64,000 nt of DNA from the human T2T-CHM13v2.0 reference genome, Homo sapiens. Every line of letters starts with the position of its first letter. The stretch's first letter is position 1. The stretch lies in assembly GCF_009914755.1 (NCBI RefSeq), contig NC_060943.1, one strand, 5' to 3'. A program made the position numbers and the translations under genes. Shown here one piece after another: positions 33,887 to 59,355 of this stretch. The notes below the pieces were generated by a model. The model did not search any database. It saw nothing but the letters and a program-made list of their open reading frames with translations, and was not told where the DNA came from.

Positions 33887-34185
33887 GTGTGTTGGTGTTT
33901 TCTCGATTTCCTGAATACCTGTCTGCTTTTCAAAACAAGCAGGTACTAATTTTCCTTCTGCTGAAACGTTTCTGGGTAACCAGTCATGTCCCTTATCAAC
34001 ACTCTCCATTGGATTCCCATCTTATTCAAGATAAACGCGTAAGTCCTTGTCTTGACCTGCAGGGCCCTGCATAATCTGGTCCCTGACTGTCCCTCTGACT
34101 TCATCTAATTTTTCTCATCCTGTCTTTAACTCAGTCACTCAGTTCCAGCAACACTAGCTTCCTTGTAATGTGGTGAGTACATTCT

Positions 34186-34497
34186 TATTTATTCTTTTTT
34201 TTTTTTTTTTTTTTTTTTGAGACAGAGTCTCACTCTGTTGCCAGGCTGGAGTGCAGTGGCGCAATATGGCTCACGGCAACATCCACCTCCTGGGTTCAAA
34301 CGATTCTCCTGCCTCAGCCTCCCGAGTAGCTGGGACGATAGGTGTGCGCCATCACGCCCAGCTAATTTTTGTATTTTTAGTAGAGACGGGGTTTCACCAT
34401 GTTGGCCAGGATGGTCTGAAACTCCAGACCTCAGGTGATCCACCTGCCTCGGCCTCCCAAAGTGCTGGGATTACAGGCGTGAGCTACCATGCCTGGC
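34186..34497 (-). mobile_element. Alu
   Basis: Antisense; TSD GTGAGTACATT; inserted at the tail end of the next Alu. Confidence 0.9.
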
Positions 34498-34508
34498 CAG
34501 TGAGTACA

Positions 34509-34911
<403 letters not shown>

Positions 34912-35413
34912 CTAGTCTCTAACCAAAAACGTTCATTCATTCTAATTTTTAGTAAGCACCCATTACCACTGGGTGTCGCAGGTCTTAGTCCCTCATCCTG
35001 TTCTCTACACTTACTACCCTGGTGATCTCATCCTGTCTCATAGCCTCAAATACCATGTATATGCCAACAACTACCAAATTGTGTACAGCCCAGACCTCTC
35101 TCTTGAACTCTAGACTTGTATACCTGACTGCCTACATCTTCATTTGGTTGCATAAGAGATATGTCAAATGCAAACATCTTACAAATGGAGTGAAATGAGC
35201 CATTGGCGGTTTTGGAACATGAGTGACATGAACTGATTTTCATTTTGGTAGCATCACTCTGGTTGCTACTGAGAGTAAACTGAATGGGACAAGGATAGAA
35301 TTAGGGAACTCAACTAGGAAACTCTTAACGTACTTCCTGGCTCCATTGCTTAAGCTAAACATCTTCTATCAGGAAATTAGAGACTTCAAAATACATCCAG
35401 AATCAGACTACTA

Positions 35414-35703
35414 TTTTTTTTTTTTTTTTTTGAGATGGAGTCTCACTCTGTCACCCAGGCTGGAGTGCAGTGGCACAATCTCAACTCTCTGCAACCTATG
35501 CCTCTCCCTGCTTCAAGCGATTCTCTTGACTCAGCCTCCTGAGTACAGGCACGTGCCACCATGCCCAGCTAATTTTTGTATTTTTAGTAGTGACAGGGTT
35601 TCACCATGTTGGCCAGGATGGTCTCTATCTCTTGACCTTGTGATCCGCCTGCCTCGGCCTACCAAAGGCTGGGATTACAGGCATGAGCCATCGCACTCGG
35701 CCC
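35414..35703 (-). mobile_element. Alu
   Basis: Antisense Alu with small internal deletions. Confidence 0.88.
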
Positions 35704-35958
35704 AGAGAACTTTTTACTATCACCACTGCTTCCATTATGTTCTGTACCATCATCTCTCACCTGTGTTACTGTGGTACTCTCCTAACTTCTCTCTCTACCT
35801 CTACTCTTGTTCTTTTTAGTCTGTTCTCAATGGAGCAGCCAAAGTGATCTTGTTAATACATAAGTTGTATGATGTCATTATTTATAGGCGGGGGTGGGTG
35901 GAAGTAATAGAAAGCATAGACAACTCTTTCAAAAAGTTTAGCTATAAGAGAAGGAGAG

Positions 35959-37650
<1,692 letters not shown>

Positions 37651-37956
37651 AATTGTGAATGGATTTTGAAACCAAGTATTTGTTAGGGGTCAAATATTTT
37701 AAGATCAGAATTTAAGCTCCTATGTTGACATAGAAATTATTTTTGTTGACTATCAAGAATCAGTGGAAAATATGTATGTCATATATAAATATTTATACAT
37801 TTATTATATGTATTTATATAAGCTAAGGAAAACATTTTAGGAAGCATTGTTAGCAGGAGCAGAGAGGGAGAGATTTACCTACTTCCTATAATTAAGTAAG
37901 AAAAAAGGTGACTGAGCATTGAACTTGAAGAATTTTGCTTCTGTAGAGATAGTTTC

Positions 37957-38257
<301 letters not shown>

Positions 38258-38340
38258 TAGAGACAGTTTCTTTAACTGTAACAAAATTGTGTCAAATGCA
38301 AAAGGTTGCATTGACAGGTTCACATCTTTTAATTTTGTAA

Positions 38341-38781
<441 letters not shown>

Positions 38782-39319
38782 TAACCCCTGTAGGCAGAAG
38801 CAATATTATGAGTAGAACACCCATTTCTTTACACAAAATTTTGGGAACTCTGGATTAAAGTATTTGAATTTTAATGGAATTGATGCTCTGCTCTGCTTGG
38901 TCTAGCACAGTTTTCAGAGATACAGTGAATACTTTCTGGTATTGTTTTTGATCCCTTTCTAGCTTCTTGAAATTTTCTTCAAACCACTCATTGATTAATT
39001 CAACTGAGTCAGAATTTGAATACTTCACATGTGCCAGGTTCTATTCTGTACCTGGGGATAAAGCAGTGACCAAAGCCAAAACATACTCTGCCCTCATGGA
39101 GCTTAAATTTTAGTTGAGGAGGGTGAAGAACAGGCAATGAATAAAATAATTAAGTGCAGTGGAGAAAAATAAAGGAGGGTTAGGAAATAGGGAATTGGGG
39201 TGGAAGCAGTGCTATTTTATACTGGAATAATCTGAGATATACAAAGGCCCTGAGTACAAATATGATAACATGGTTACATATTTGAGGATGTAATATCAGA
39301 GAGAGCCCAGTGTGCCTAG

Positions 39320-39529
<210 letters not shown>

Positions 39530-39837
39530 TGAGCTTCTGCTCAAAAGGGGCTCTTTGCTACCACTATTGTGAATTTTTGGATAATATCTGCAAAATTTGG
39601 CTGAATGTCTGCTGCCTATGCCAAACAAATGGCTTAGTGTTTGTGGATTTGGCAGTGAACATATTCTTGGCCTGTGCCTGAAGCTTCATCTTCCTTATCC
39701 TTCTAATACATGTCCTTTACACATTTCTCTTTTTGCTTACTGTAAACTCCCTTTTCCCTGATGAGCTAAGGATTGAATGTGAGTTCTGGAATATCCACAG
39801 CATGACAAAACTCTACTTTTTTTTTTCGTATTTGCAG

Positions 39838-39933
39838 GACTTTGCTTTTCCAAACCAAGTGTGATATTATTGTTGGAACAAGGAAAAGCACCCTGGATGG
39901 TGAAGAGAGAGCTGACAAAAGGCTTGTGCTCAG
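39838..39933 (+). CDS. ZNF570: ZNF570 KRAB-B exon ([32 protein letters not shown])
   Basis: 96-nt phase 1-1 exon with KP..I..LEQGK.PW motif; tttgcag| and G|gttagt. Confidence 0.95.
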
Positions 39934-40204
39934 GTTAGTGAAGAGGAAATTGGCAAAAATCTTTGCACGTGACAGCTCAGCTTGACTCAAAGGTATCACC
40001 TCTTCACTCTTCAGGCTTCCAAATTCTTCTCAAATGTTCTAGGTTTTCATAAAAATTTGGGGCCATTTAGGATGTTCTCCCACATTTGTTATTTTTAATT
40101 ATTTCCCTTCTCTTACTTTCCTATCTCCTTTCTAACAAGTCCCATCCCCTCTCAGTTTCATAAGCCTCTCAGTCTTTAAAAAATCTTGTAGTAGTCTTAT
40201 AAAC

Positions 40205-40504
<300 letters not shown>

Positions 40505-40534
40505 TCTTATAAATTTTTGAGCTCTACAGAGCAT

Positions 40535-40760
40535 CAGAAGTGTAGGCAGCCTTGGGGACTGAGTCCTCAACCTGAGGGATCTGATGCTATCTCCAGGTAG
40601 ACAGTATCAAAATAGAGCTGAGGTAGAGGACACCCACTGCAGAATTCATTGCTTGCTTGTTGGTGGAGAGAAACCCCCACATTCAGTCACAGAAGCCTTC
40701 TGTGTTTATTGTTGTGGTGCGAGAGAAAAGGAAAAACAGGTTGCATGTGTGATTTTTCCT
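40535..40760 (+). mobile_element. LTR fragment (MER21-like)
   Basis: GGGACTGAGTCCTCAACCTG..GGACACCCA..AAACCCCCACATT..CACAGAAG resembles MER21 LTRs. Confidence 0.55.
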
Positions 40761-40785
40761 AAGGTGCTCATTGTGGGGGAGGTTG

Positions 40786-40787
<2 letters not shown>

Positions 40788-40831
<44 letters not shown>
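40788..40831. repeat. (GT)22 microsatellite
   Basis: Uninterrupted dinucleotide run in ZNF570 intron. Confidence 0.95.
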
Positions 40832-40833
<2 letters not shown>

Positions 40834-40839
40834 TTGTAA

Positions 40840-43680
<2,841 letters not shown>

Positions 43681-43702
43681 ACCACTAAAAATACAAGAAC
43701 GT

Positions 43703-44015
<313 letters not shown>

Positions 44016-44169
44016 TTAGACTGTCTTAACTTCACTTACCCTCATTTCAGTTATTCCTTGCTTTTCTTAAATTATTATTTTGCTTTATGAAGTTGTATAA
44101 TAGACCATTATTATATTTATTTAATTTAGACCATATTATATTTAGTGTTGTTTAGATTTATCCACTTTT

Positions 44170-44470
44170 GGCTAGGTGTGGTGGCTTATGGCTGTAATCC
44201 CAGCACTTTGGGAGGCCAAGGCAGGTGCATCACTTCAGTCTAGGAGTTTGAGACCAGCCTGGGCAGCATGGTGAAACCCCGTCTCTACAAAATGCGAAAA
44301 TTAGCTGGGTATGGGGTGTGTGCCTGTAGTTCCATTTACTTGGGAGGCTGAGGTGGGAGGGTCGCCTGAGCCCAGGAGTTCAAGGTACAGTGAGCTGAGA
44401 ACGTGCCACTGCACTACCGCCTAGGTGACAGAGCAAGGCTCTGTCTCAAAAAAAAAAACAAAACAAAAAA
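44170..44470 (+). mobile_element. Alu (AluJ-like)
   Basis: Dimeric Alu consensus match. Confidence 0.9.
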
Positions 44471-44656
44471 TTATCCATGTTTGTCATTTTCCCTGTTCAC
44501 CATTCTGTCCCAGAACTTTTTCCTGAAGTAACTTCTTTATAAATATTTATATACTATTCATATCAACTTTTATTGTTGTTATGTTTTGTTCATTTATATG
44601 ATAGTTTTGCTGTCATGCATAGAAGAAGCTTTCTCTGTCAGTCATAGATTGACAGA

Positions 44657-44949
44657 TTTTTTTTTTTTTTGAGATGGAGTCTTGCACTGTCACCCGGGCT
44701 GGAGTGCAGTGGTGCAATCTCGGCTCACCGCAACCTCCCCAACCCGCGTTCAAGCAATTCTCCTGCCTCAGCCTCCCGAGTAGCTGGGATTACAGGGCGT
44801 GCCACCACGCCTGGCTAATTTTTTGTATTTTTAGTAGAGATGGGGGTTTCACTATGTTGGCCAGGCTGGTCTCAAACTCCTGAGCTCGTGATCTGCCCGC
44901 CTCAGCCTCCCAAAGTGCTGGGATTACAGGCGTGAGCCATTGTGCCCGG
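44657..44949 (-). mobile_element. Alu
   Basis: TSD TGACAGATT. Confidence 0.9.
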
Positions 44950-45726
44950 TGACAGATTATTTTTATGAGTGCTTTAAAGATACCATTCCATGCTTTTCTG
45001 GCTTCTGTTCTTGCTTTTGAGAAGTCAGTTTTCATTAATATATTCTTCCTTGCAACTTTTAAGAACTTTCTTCTTCTTGCCCTGGTTATTCTGTATTTTC
45101 AATGTGATGTATCTAGATGTAAATTTCAGCTGCTGTAGTTGGGATTTATTGTGATTTTTTTTATCTGACCATTAATGGACTCTGGGTAATTATCAGCTAT
45201 TATCTCTTCACATATTGTCACTTTCCCATTCTCTGTGTTTATTTTTCTTAAAACTCCAGTTACATGTGCCTAAGACCAGACTCACCAGGGATAAATTGAT
45301 GCTCCCAGCTTCAGTTCCACCTTACTTACTTGAAAGTGCCTTCCACAGTCTGTTTGACCTCTGAGAGTTTACCTTAATTTCTTGCCAGCTTGGTAATGCA
45401 GCTAAAAGAAAGTTTTTCTATTTCTACAAAATTGTAAGCTTTTTTGTACCAGGAAGATTTGTCATTATAACTAGTCTGCTGTATTGCCAGACTACTTTAG
45501 GTACCTCATATAAGTGGAATCATACAGTATTTGTCCTTTTGTGACTGGCTTATTTCACTTACTGTAATGTCCTCAAGTTATATCTGTATTATAGCATATG
45601 TCAGAATTTCCTCCTCGTTTAAGGCTGAATAATCTATTGTACGTATATACCACATTTTGTGGTGATTTCATGGAATAGCAACCAGCTATTACTCCTCTAC
45701 TCAAACCACTTCAATGGGTCTCCATC

Positions 45727-46126
45727 TGTGTTAGGCCATTGCACTGCTATAATGAAATATAATACCTGAGACTGGGTAATTTCTACGAAAAGAGGTTTAA
45801 CTGGCTGTCAGTTCTGCAGGCTGTACAGGAAGCATAGCGGCATCTTCCTCCGAGGAGGTCTCAGGAAGCTTCCAATTATGGCAGAAGGTGAACAGAGAGC
45901 AGGCACATCTCTTGGCAAAAGCCAGGAGTGCATGAGAGATGGGGGAGGTGCCACACACTTTTAAAGGACCAGATCTCATGAGAATTCGCTATCATGACAC
46001 TACCAACAGGATGGTACTAAACCATTCGTGAGGACTCCACCCCCACGATCCAGTCACCTCCCACCAGGCCCCACCTCCAACATTGGGGATTACATTTCAA
46101 CACGAGATTTGGATGGAGCTGTATTA
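45727..46126 (-). mobile_element. MaLR solo LTR (MST-like)
   Basis: TGTGTTAGGCC..CCTGAGACTGGGTAATTT..CCCACCAGGCCCCACCTCCAACATTGGGGATTACA; CCATC on both sides. Confidence 0.85.
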
Positions 46127-46131
46127 CCATC

Positions 46132-46310
46132 TGTTACGGTTTGGCTCTGGATCCCCATCCAAATCTCATCTTGAATTGTAATCCCCATGTGTTGAGGGAG
46201 GGACCTGGTGGGAAGTGATTGGATCTTGGGGGCAGTTTACCTCATGCTGTTCTCATGATAGTGAGGAAGTTCTCAAGGGACCTGATGGTTTAAAAGTGGC
46301 AGTTTCCCCT

Positions 46311-46347
<37 letters not shown>

Positions 46348-46550
46348 CTCTCTCTCTCTCTCCCCCTCCCCCCCTTTCTCCCTCTCTCTGTCTCTCCTGC
46401 CACCTTGTAAAGAAGGTGCGTGCTTCCCCTTCATCTTCTGCCATGATTGTAAGTTTCCCGAGGCCTTCTCAGCCATGCAGAACTGTGAGTCAATTAAACT
46501 ACCCAGTCTCAGGTAGTGTCTTTACAGCAACGTGAAAATGTTCTAATACA
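46132..46550 (+). mobile_element. MaLR solo LTR (THE1D/MSTA-like) with internal (CT)n
   Basis: TGTTACGGTTTGGCT..CCATGATTGTAAGTTTCC..CTAATACA; flanks CCATC/CCGTC. Confidence 0.88.
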
Positions 46551-46555
46551 CCGTC

Positions 46556-47055
46556 CCTCTCAGAGTAGAAGCCAAATTCTTTAGAAGGCCGGTGAAGCTT
46601 AAATAATCTCATTACCTTTTACCTCCTGACTTTATATCCTACTACTCACTCTATAGCCACACTGGCCTTCTTAATATTCCCCAGACATAGTAAACATGCT
46701 TCTAGTTTTGGGCCTTTGAACCAGCTGCTGCCTCTTCCCTGAATGCTTTTTCCCCAGAGACTTGAATGACTGACTGACTTTTTCACTTTCTTCAAATCTT
46801 TGCTTAAATGTTAACTTGTTAATGATTCCTAGCTCTAATTTCATCAGTATCCATGACATCCCCTACCCTGATTTTCTTTCTCTGAAGCACGTAGTATCTT
46901 CTAACATAAAATGAAATTTACTTATTTATCACTTATTTTCTGTCTCTTCTAAGAAAATAACATCCCTGAAGGTAAAGATCTTTGTTTTGTGATATTAAAA
47001 GCATCAGAACAGTATCTGGCAAAAGGTAAATATTTGTTCAGTGAATGTTCTTGAA
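46556..47055 (+). mobile_element. L2 3' end
   Basis: L2 motifs ending AAATATTTGTTCAGTGAATG; continuous with L2 sequence left of 45722. Confidence 0.65.
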
Positions 47056-47322
47056 TGAAGCAGCTAAAAGAATGGAGACTGTTTCAGTGTCTATTTTATG
47101 AATACAGGCATAAAATTGTAACCAACTCTGACCACATCTCTAATTTCTTCTGCCCTGAGATTTACTGATTTTTCTTTTATAATTCTAATCATTCCTTCTT
47201 AGGTTTCTGTATGACCTGTTTTCAGTTTCTCTTCTTGTACACTTCAGAACTGCAAAAGCCAATGTTCCTGTGGGTTTTGCTATTTAATTCACATATTTTA
47301 CTTTACAGATGTACTTTATTAA

Positions 47323-48732
<1,410 letters not shown>

Positions 48733-48900
48733 ATCCTGAGTCCTAAATGTTTCTAGAATTTATACTGTTTTTTATCTTTAATGTTGTCACCTTGGTCTGA
48801 TTCATCTCACTCTGATTACTAATATAGCTTTCAAACAGGTTTTCCTGTATTTATTTTTGCTACCTTTAAATCCATTTCCCACAATGCACTCAAACGGATC

Positions 48901-49243
<343 letters not shown>

Positions 49244-49259
49244 TAAGAAAACACACATG

Positions 49260-49570
<311 letters not shown>

Positions 49571-49744
49571 ACACATGTTACTATCTCCAGTTAAAACTTT
49601 TTTTTTTTTTTTGCTTGTTATTGTTCTTAGACTAATATTCACAGCCTTTAAAATTGTCTGCAAGGCTTTTGTTATTTGGTTCTTACACACCATTCAGCCT
49701 TATTTTATTCCAGTCTTCTTCTTTGGGCACTAGGCACTTCCCAG

Positions 49745-50085
49745 GACTAAGAGCTTAGATTCTGGAAAATCATAGCTCCAACACTACTATGGCATTGCGT
49801 GACTTTGAGCAATTTGCTTATCTAAACCTCAGGGTTTTCTTTAAATCTTAAAATAGGAATAATATAGGATACTGTACTGTAGAAATGTAAGTATTAAGTG
49901 AAATAGTGTCTGTTGTAGATTGATGCATATTAAATGAGAAATTTGCATGTAAAATACTTCATATAGTCTGTCAAATATAGCAGATATTCAATAAATGATA
50001 ATAGCTAACATGTATTGAGTGCCCACTACACATCAGGCACTGTCTTACATACTCTACATATATTAACTCATCTACTCCTCACAAA
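49745..50085. mobile_element. MIR fragments
   Basis: TGTGACTTTGAGCAA-like core, TCAATAAATGATA end, then antisense ATTGAGTGCCCACTAC..AGGCACTGT. Confidence 0.55.
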
Positions 50086-50419
50086 ACAAGATTCCTTATT
50101 GGACAAAGTGGAGCATTCCTGCAAAACACCAGTTCAGAATTTGGAAAATCTAAAAATGTTAGAACATAAATGGCAGTCTTTGTACTGTAGCTTAGTAGTT
50201 GTTATGAAGTCAGGTAGTGGAACTATAACACTGACAGCCAGTTTTAGGAAGTTTCTACAGATAATGAATTGGATAAGCCAATTAAGAAAAATAGAATTCA
50301 CTGGGAAGAATGCAGAACCTACATTTAAATCAAGGAAGGAATAGAAATGGTCACAATTAACCAAAAAAAATCAATAAACATAGAAATTCATGTGATCCCC
50401 TTAAATAGGCACCACACCC

Positions 50420-50727
<308 letters not shown>

Positions 50728-52131
50728 GCACTACCCCCAGCTAATTGTATGGTTAAATTCGGGTAATTTAGAAGGCATGTAAAGTGTTCCATACTATAGA
50801 AAAATGTAAAGTTTTAAAATTATTTATCCAGTGGTTGCAAAATTGAAATCAAAAGGGGATTAAGGGAAGAAAACAGATAGATACACAAATAATATAGGCA
50901 TTCATTCTGTTAATATTGAGTAATTACTGTTTGTCAGACACTGTTTTAGGTATGAGGAAATGACAGTGAGCAATACAAAGGCCACATTCTCATGGAGTAA
51001 AATTCCAGAGGTGGAGACATGTAATTAATACTTAAATATAAAACAGTAGATTTTCTAAACGCAGAAAACGGAAGAGTAACAAGAAACTAAATCAAGGAGC
51101 ATTATATAGCCTAGACTGCAGAGACTCAATATAATAAAGTTGGCGATTCTTCCTAATTATCAAATTTACTGCAATTCCAGCCAAAATGTTTCAGTGGTTT
51201 TTTTTGTTTGTTGTTTTTGTTTTTGTTTTGCCCTTTAGCTTCACAGGTTTGTTCTGAAATTTATGAGGTATAAATTCTTAAGAGCAGCAAGAAAAATTTC
51301 GAATCTATTTGTAGAAACTGCATATGATGATGGTTCATACCAGTAGAGAGAAAGATTGGATTTGGGGGTATTACTAGTAGTAAGGGGATTCACTAGTAGT
51401 AAGGGAAATGCAAAATAAAATCACATTGAACTAGTTCAAAATCATCACATTGGCAAAAGCATTAGAGTGCCAATTACTGGAAAGATGTGGAGCAATAGGA
51501 ACACTCATACGGTGCTATAGGAAGTAGTTGTGTTTAGCATAATTTGGCAATGTCTAGTAAAGTTGAAGATGTGAATAATCTTTGACCCAGCAATTCCATG
51601 TTTAAACCTCTACATAGTCTCTCCTCGTGTTTCAAGGAGATACATATGATGGTCCATTGCAGAACTGTGAGAATGAGAAGTTGAAAGCAATCTAACCATT
51701 AGGTTAAATACAAGATAGAATGCAAACTAAAATGAATAACTAGAGATATTTCTGTCAACATGGGTAAACCTCAAAAATAGTATTAATGAAATTGAACTAC
51801 AGACTATTTTATATAATACAGTATAACGTACAATTTCAAAACATGCAAATTAGTGTTATGTATTTTTGTCATGGCTAAATACTATATAAAAAGGATCTAA
51901 AAGAATTAATAAAATAATCATCAGATTCAGAACAGTGGTGACCTGCAGGGAGAAAGACAACTGAGATTGGGGAAAGGATGCAAATGAAAATACCTTTAAT
52001 TATTCATTTCTTTTAAAAATAAGCAAATACTGTATAGCCAATTCTTAAAATTTGATAAAGCTGGCTGTGAGTATATGAGTCAGTTCTTACTCTCTGTATC
52101 TTTCTGTATAAACTATTTCATAATGCAAAAA

Positions 52132-52713
<582 letters not shown>

Positions 52714-53315
52714 TAATTTCCCTTTGTGTACTAAGTGTCCAGAATTTTTGTGGGCCAATTACTGTCCTTTCTGAACTCAATTTTCTCAGATGTTAAAGGG
52801 AGGTAATTCTTTGTTTTAGAACTGTTACATGCATTTGTCATAATACATGTTAAATTTACAGCAGTATTTAGTAAAAGTTATTATTTTATAAAATATACTG
52901 GGGGTTGTGAAAGGAAACAGGAAGGGAAATGGCATGAGGCTGTTACAGTAGAAGCAAGCGGTAGAGACAGAAATTTACTTCAGATAGGCAGCATACAGAA
53001 ACAAATACATAGTAACTCTGGATTTTAAAATGGATGCCTAACTTAGTCACTGTGATTATAATCAATATCCAGCAGAATTTGTTGATAGCTTCCCATTTTT
53101 ATTATATTTTTCTCATTTATAAGTCAATGGAAAAATAAGCAATTAAGAATATCAAGGAAATTGTCTATCACTGTCAAAGAGAGGCTTCAGACATCCATAG
53201 CTGAATGGTTGAAAATATCAACAGAAACAGGATGGCAGAGTGAGGAAGAGTGCTTGTCCACCACACTCCAACACACTGAAGTGAAAGTTAAAGCAGTAGA
53301 TAAAAATTAAAACCC

Positions 53316-53640
<325 letters not shown>

Positions 53641-53716
53641 CTATTTTGCCTCATTCACTCATTCATATCCTTTAGATAGAGATACTTGTGGAATCTGAGC
53701 TATAGCCTAGTGTCTC

Positions 53717-54006
53717 TTTTTTTTTTTTGAGACGGAGCATTTCTCTGTTGCCCAGGCTGGATACAGTGGCGCTATCTCGGCTCACTGCAACCTCTGCCTC
53801 CCCAGTTCAAGCAATTATCCTGCCTCAGCCTCCCGAGCAGCTGGGATTACAGGTGCCCGCCACCATGCCCAGCTAATTTTTGTATTTTTAGTAGAGACAG
53901 GGTTTCACCAGTTTGTCCAGGCTGATCTCGAACTCCTGACCTCGTGATCTGCCTGCCTCAGCCTCCCAAAGTGCTGGGATTACAGGCATGAGCCACCGCG
54001 CCTGGC
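53717..54006 (-). mobile_element. Alu
   Basis: TSD TAGTGTCT. Confidence 0.9.
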
Positions 54007-54159
54007 CACATAGTGTCTGAAAGTAGTTAAGGAAATAAAAACTGCCTATGTCATATCGTGTGACTGTGCTGTATAAATCCTATGCTCATGAACAGCTCTG
54101 AGGTGTGCTGTATTCACCAGGCAGCCAGTTATTGAACATGGATTATAGACTGGCAAGTG

Positions 54160-54566
54160 GATACAAAAGCTGGTGGGTGTGAAGTGGTACTACTTATGGG
54201 TTTTATTTGCATTTCTCTAATGACTGATGATGTTGCACATCCTTTCGTGTGTGTATTGGCCATTTGTATATCTTCTTTGGAAAAGTGATTATTCAAATCC
54301 ACTTCCAATTTTAAATTGAATTGCCTTTTTATTGTTGAGCTGTAAGAGGTCTTCGTATATTCTGAATACAAGGGCCTTGTCAGATATGCTATTTGCAAAC
54401 ATTTTCTTCCATTTTGTAGACTTTCCTTTCACTTTCTTGATAGTGCCCTTTGAAGCAAAAAATAAAAAACAACTAAAAAAATTGTTAATTTTGATATACT
54501 CTAATTTATCTATTTTTTCTTTTCTTGTTTATGCCTTTGGTATCATAGCTAAGAAACTACTAATCT
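54160..54566 (-). mobile_element. L1 ORF2 3' fragment
   Basis: Minus [23 protein letters not shown]. Confidence 0.8.
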
Positions 54567-54785
54567 GGCCAGGTGCGGTGACTCACACCTGGAATCCCAG
54601 CCCTTTGGGAGGCCATGGCAGGTGGATGGCTTAAGCTCAGGAGTTTGAGACCAGCCTGGGAAACATGGTGAAACCCCGTCTCTATACAAAATACAAAAAT
54701 TAGCCAGGCATGGTGGCATGTGCCTGTAGCCTGTAGTCTGAACTACTCTGGAGTCTGAGGTAGAAGGATGGTTTGAGCCATGATT
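54567..54785 (+). mobile_element. 3'-truncated Alu
   Basis: Alu left arm and part of right arm, no tail. Confidence 0.85.
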
Positions 54786-54998
54786 GGATAATGGGGGCGG
54801 TTTTCCCCATGCTGTTCTCGTGATAGTGAGGGAATTCTCATGAGATCTGATGGTTTAAAAGCAGCAGTTTCCCCTGCTTTCTCTCTCTCTCTCCTGCCAC
54901 CTTATAAAGAAGGTGCCTGCTTCCCCTTCACCTTCCACCATAATTGTAAGTTTCCTGACCTTCCAGCCATGCAGAACTGTGAGTCAATTAACCCTCTT
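54781..54998 (+). mobile_element. THE1D/MSTA-like LTR internal fragment
   Basis: TGATTGGATAATGGGGGCGG..CAGAACTGTGAGTCAATTAACCCTCTT, both LTR ends missing. Confidence 0.85.
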
Positions 54999-56959
<1,961 letters not shown>

Positions 56960-57412
56960 TTATGAAGCCCCTCCCTTCTTAAGGGGTCACCTTTTTAAAA
57001 ACAAGAGGACTACACCACCACCCAACCACAAAAACCTCCTGAGGAACTCATTTAGACTGACAAGAGGTGCAGAAAGAGGTTAAATAAGGTGCTTATAACT
57101 CCTTTTTCTCCTTCCCCTAATGATAGCACCTAACTGAACACAGTCCATTCATGCAGAAAAGGAGAGTAATTTGAGGATGGTATTGTTAACTAAAACCGTA
57201 GCCTTTATGGAAAATTCACCACTCTTGCACAAACATCCAGGATCCACATGGCTATTGGGAGTGATTTCTCCTGCATTGCCTCCAGCCTTTCCTAACATGT
57301 CCTTCTCTCTTTGTCTTTCATATCTGTGATGGAGCTTCATTCATGTGTGTGTATTCCTCTGTTTCTGTGTGTCTTTTGAACAAGTAAGGTTTTGCAATTA
57401 AAGAATGACTGA

Positions 57413-58039
<627 letters not shown>

Positions 58040-58267
58040 TCATGTTGTCTGTTATTTCATCTGTACTTTCCCTTTTATTCTTTTTTTTTTTTTCTGTGCT
58101 TGGATGCCAACTTTATTTGTGGTCAATTATAACTTAGAGTCTTCATTTTCCATTTTTGTATATATTCTGTTAATCTATGGTATCATCTACCAAGTCTTCT
58201 GCCTTAAAAAACTCACAGAGATCATTTCCTTTTTGTAACTCATCCTCTACTCTCTTCATTCAATTAG

Positions 58268-58337
58268 TTACATGTTGTACACATGTACCTTAAAACTTAA
58301 AGTATAATAAAAAATAAAAAAAGAAAAAAAAAGAAAA
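58268..58337 (+). mobile_element. Very short L1PA 3' terminus
   Basis: CATGTTGTACACATGTACCTTAAAACTTAAAGTATAATAAAAAA. Confidence 0.75.
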
Positions 58338-58423
58338 GTAAATTATGTCATTCAATGATCCAATGAGAGACTACTGCAATGACAAAATAGTTGGTTTGGA
58401 GACAGATTTCTGGAGTCCAGTCC

Positions 58424-58558
58424 TTTTTATTCTTTTTAAGTAGAGACAAGGTTTCACCATGTTGCCCAGGCTGGCCTTAAACTCCTGGACTCAAGCAATC
58501 TGCCCCCTTTGGCCTCCCAAAGTGCTAGGATTACAGGCGTGAGATGCTGCGTCCAGCC
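58424..58558 (-). mobile_element. Alu left monomer (FLAM-like)
   Basis: Single monomer; TSD TTTTTATTCTT. Confidence 0.8.
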
Positions 58559-58772
58559 CCTTTTTATTCTTGAGTGATATCCAGTTCTTCTTTCACTGTA
58601 TGTGACTTCCTAAGAGTGCTAAATCTTCTGGCTTCCACTGATTTCCATTGAGAAGTCCTTTTTTTTTTTTTTTTTTAAAAAAAACTTTGCAAGCTTCTTT
58701 GTTTTTGGTTTCAGCAGATTTCTTCTCATCTTAGTTATGATTTCCTTTTCATTAGCCTTTTAACAAATGTGG

Positions 58773-59062
58773 TTTTTTTTTTTGAAATGGAGTTTCACTC
58801 TTATCGCACAGGCTGGAGTGCAATGGCACGATCTTGGCTCACTGCAACCTCTGCCTCTGGGTTCAAGCAATTCTCCTGCCTCAGCCTCCTGAGGAGCTGG
58901 GATTACAGGCGTGCACCACCACACCTGGCTAATTTTTGTATTTTTAGTAGAGACGGGGTTTTACCATGTTGGCCAGGCTGGTCTTGAACTCCTGACCTCA
59001 TGATCCACCTGCCTCGGCCTCCTCCCAAAGTGCTGGGATTATAGGCATGAGCTACTGCGCCC
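58773..59062 (-). mobile_element. Alu
   Basis: Antisense Alu consensus match. Confidence 0.9.
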
Positions 59063-59119
59063 ATCAGAGACATGTTTCTTGAAAGTATGCCCTTGTCAAT
59101 TAAAAAAAAAAAACCAAAT

Positions 59120-59355
59120 AGCCCAGGAGTTTGAGACCAGTCTGGGCAACATAGAAAGACTCCATCTCTACAAAAAATAAATAAAATTAGCCAGGCATGG
59201 CGGGACGTGCTTGTAATCCCAGTCACTTGGGAGGCTGAGGTGGGAGGATCACTTGAGCTCAACAGGTTGAGATTGCAGTGAGCCAAGATGGTGCCACTGC
59301 ACTCCAGCCTAAGTGACAGAGCAAGACCCTGTCTCAAAAGAAAAAGAAAAGAAAA
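59120..59355 (+). mobile_element. 5'-truncated Alu (AluJ-like)
   Basis: Begins GCCCAGGAGTTTGAGACC. Confidence 0.85.

Noticed and set aside
46216-46227. Possible DUX4 site in the THE1-like LTR
   Set aside because: TGATTGGATCT departs from the TGATTnRRTTA-type consensus; too degenerate to call
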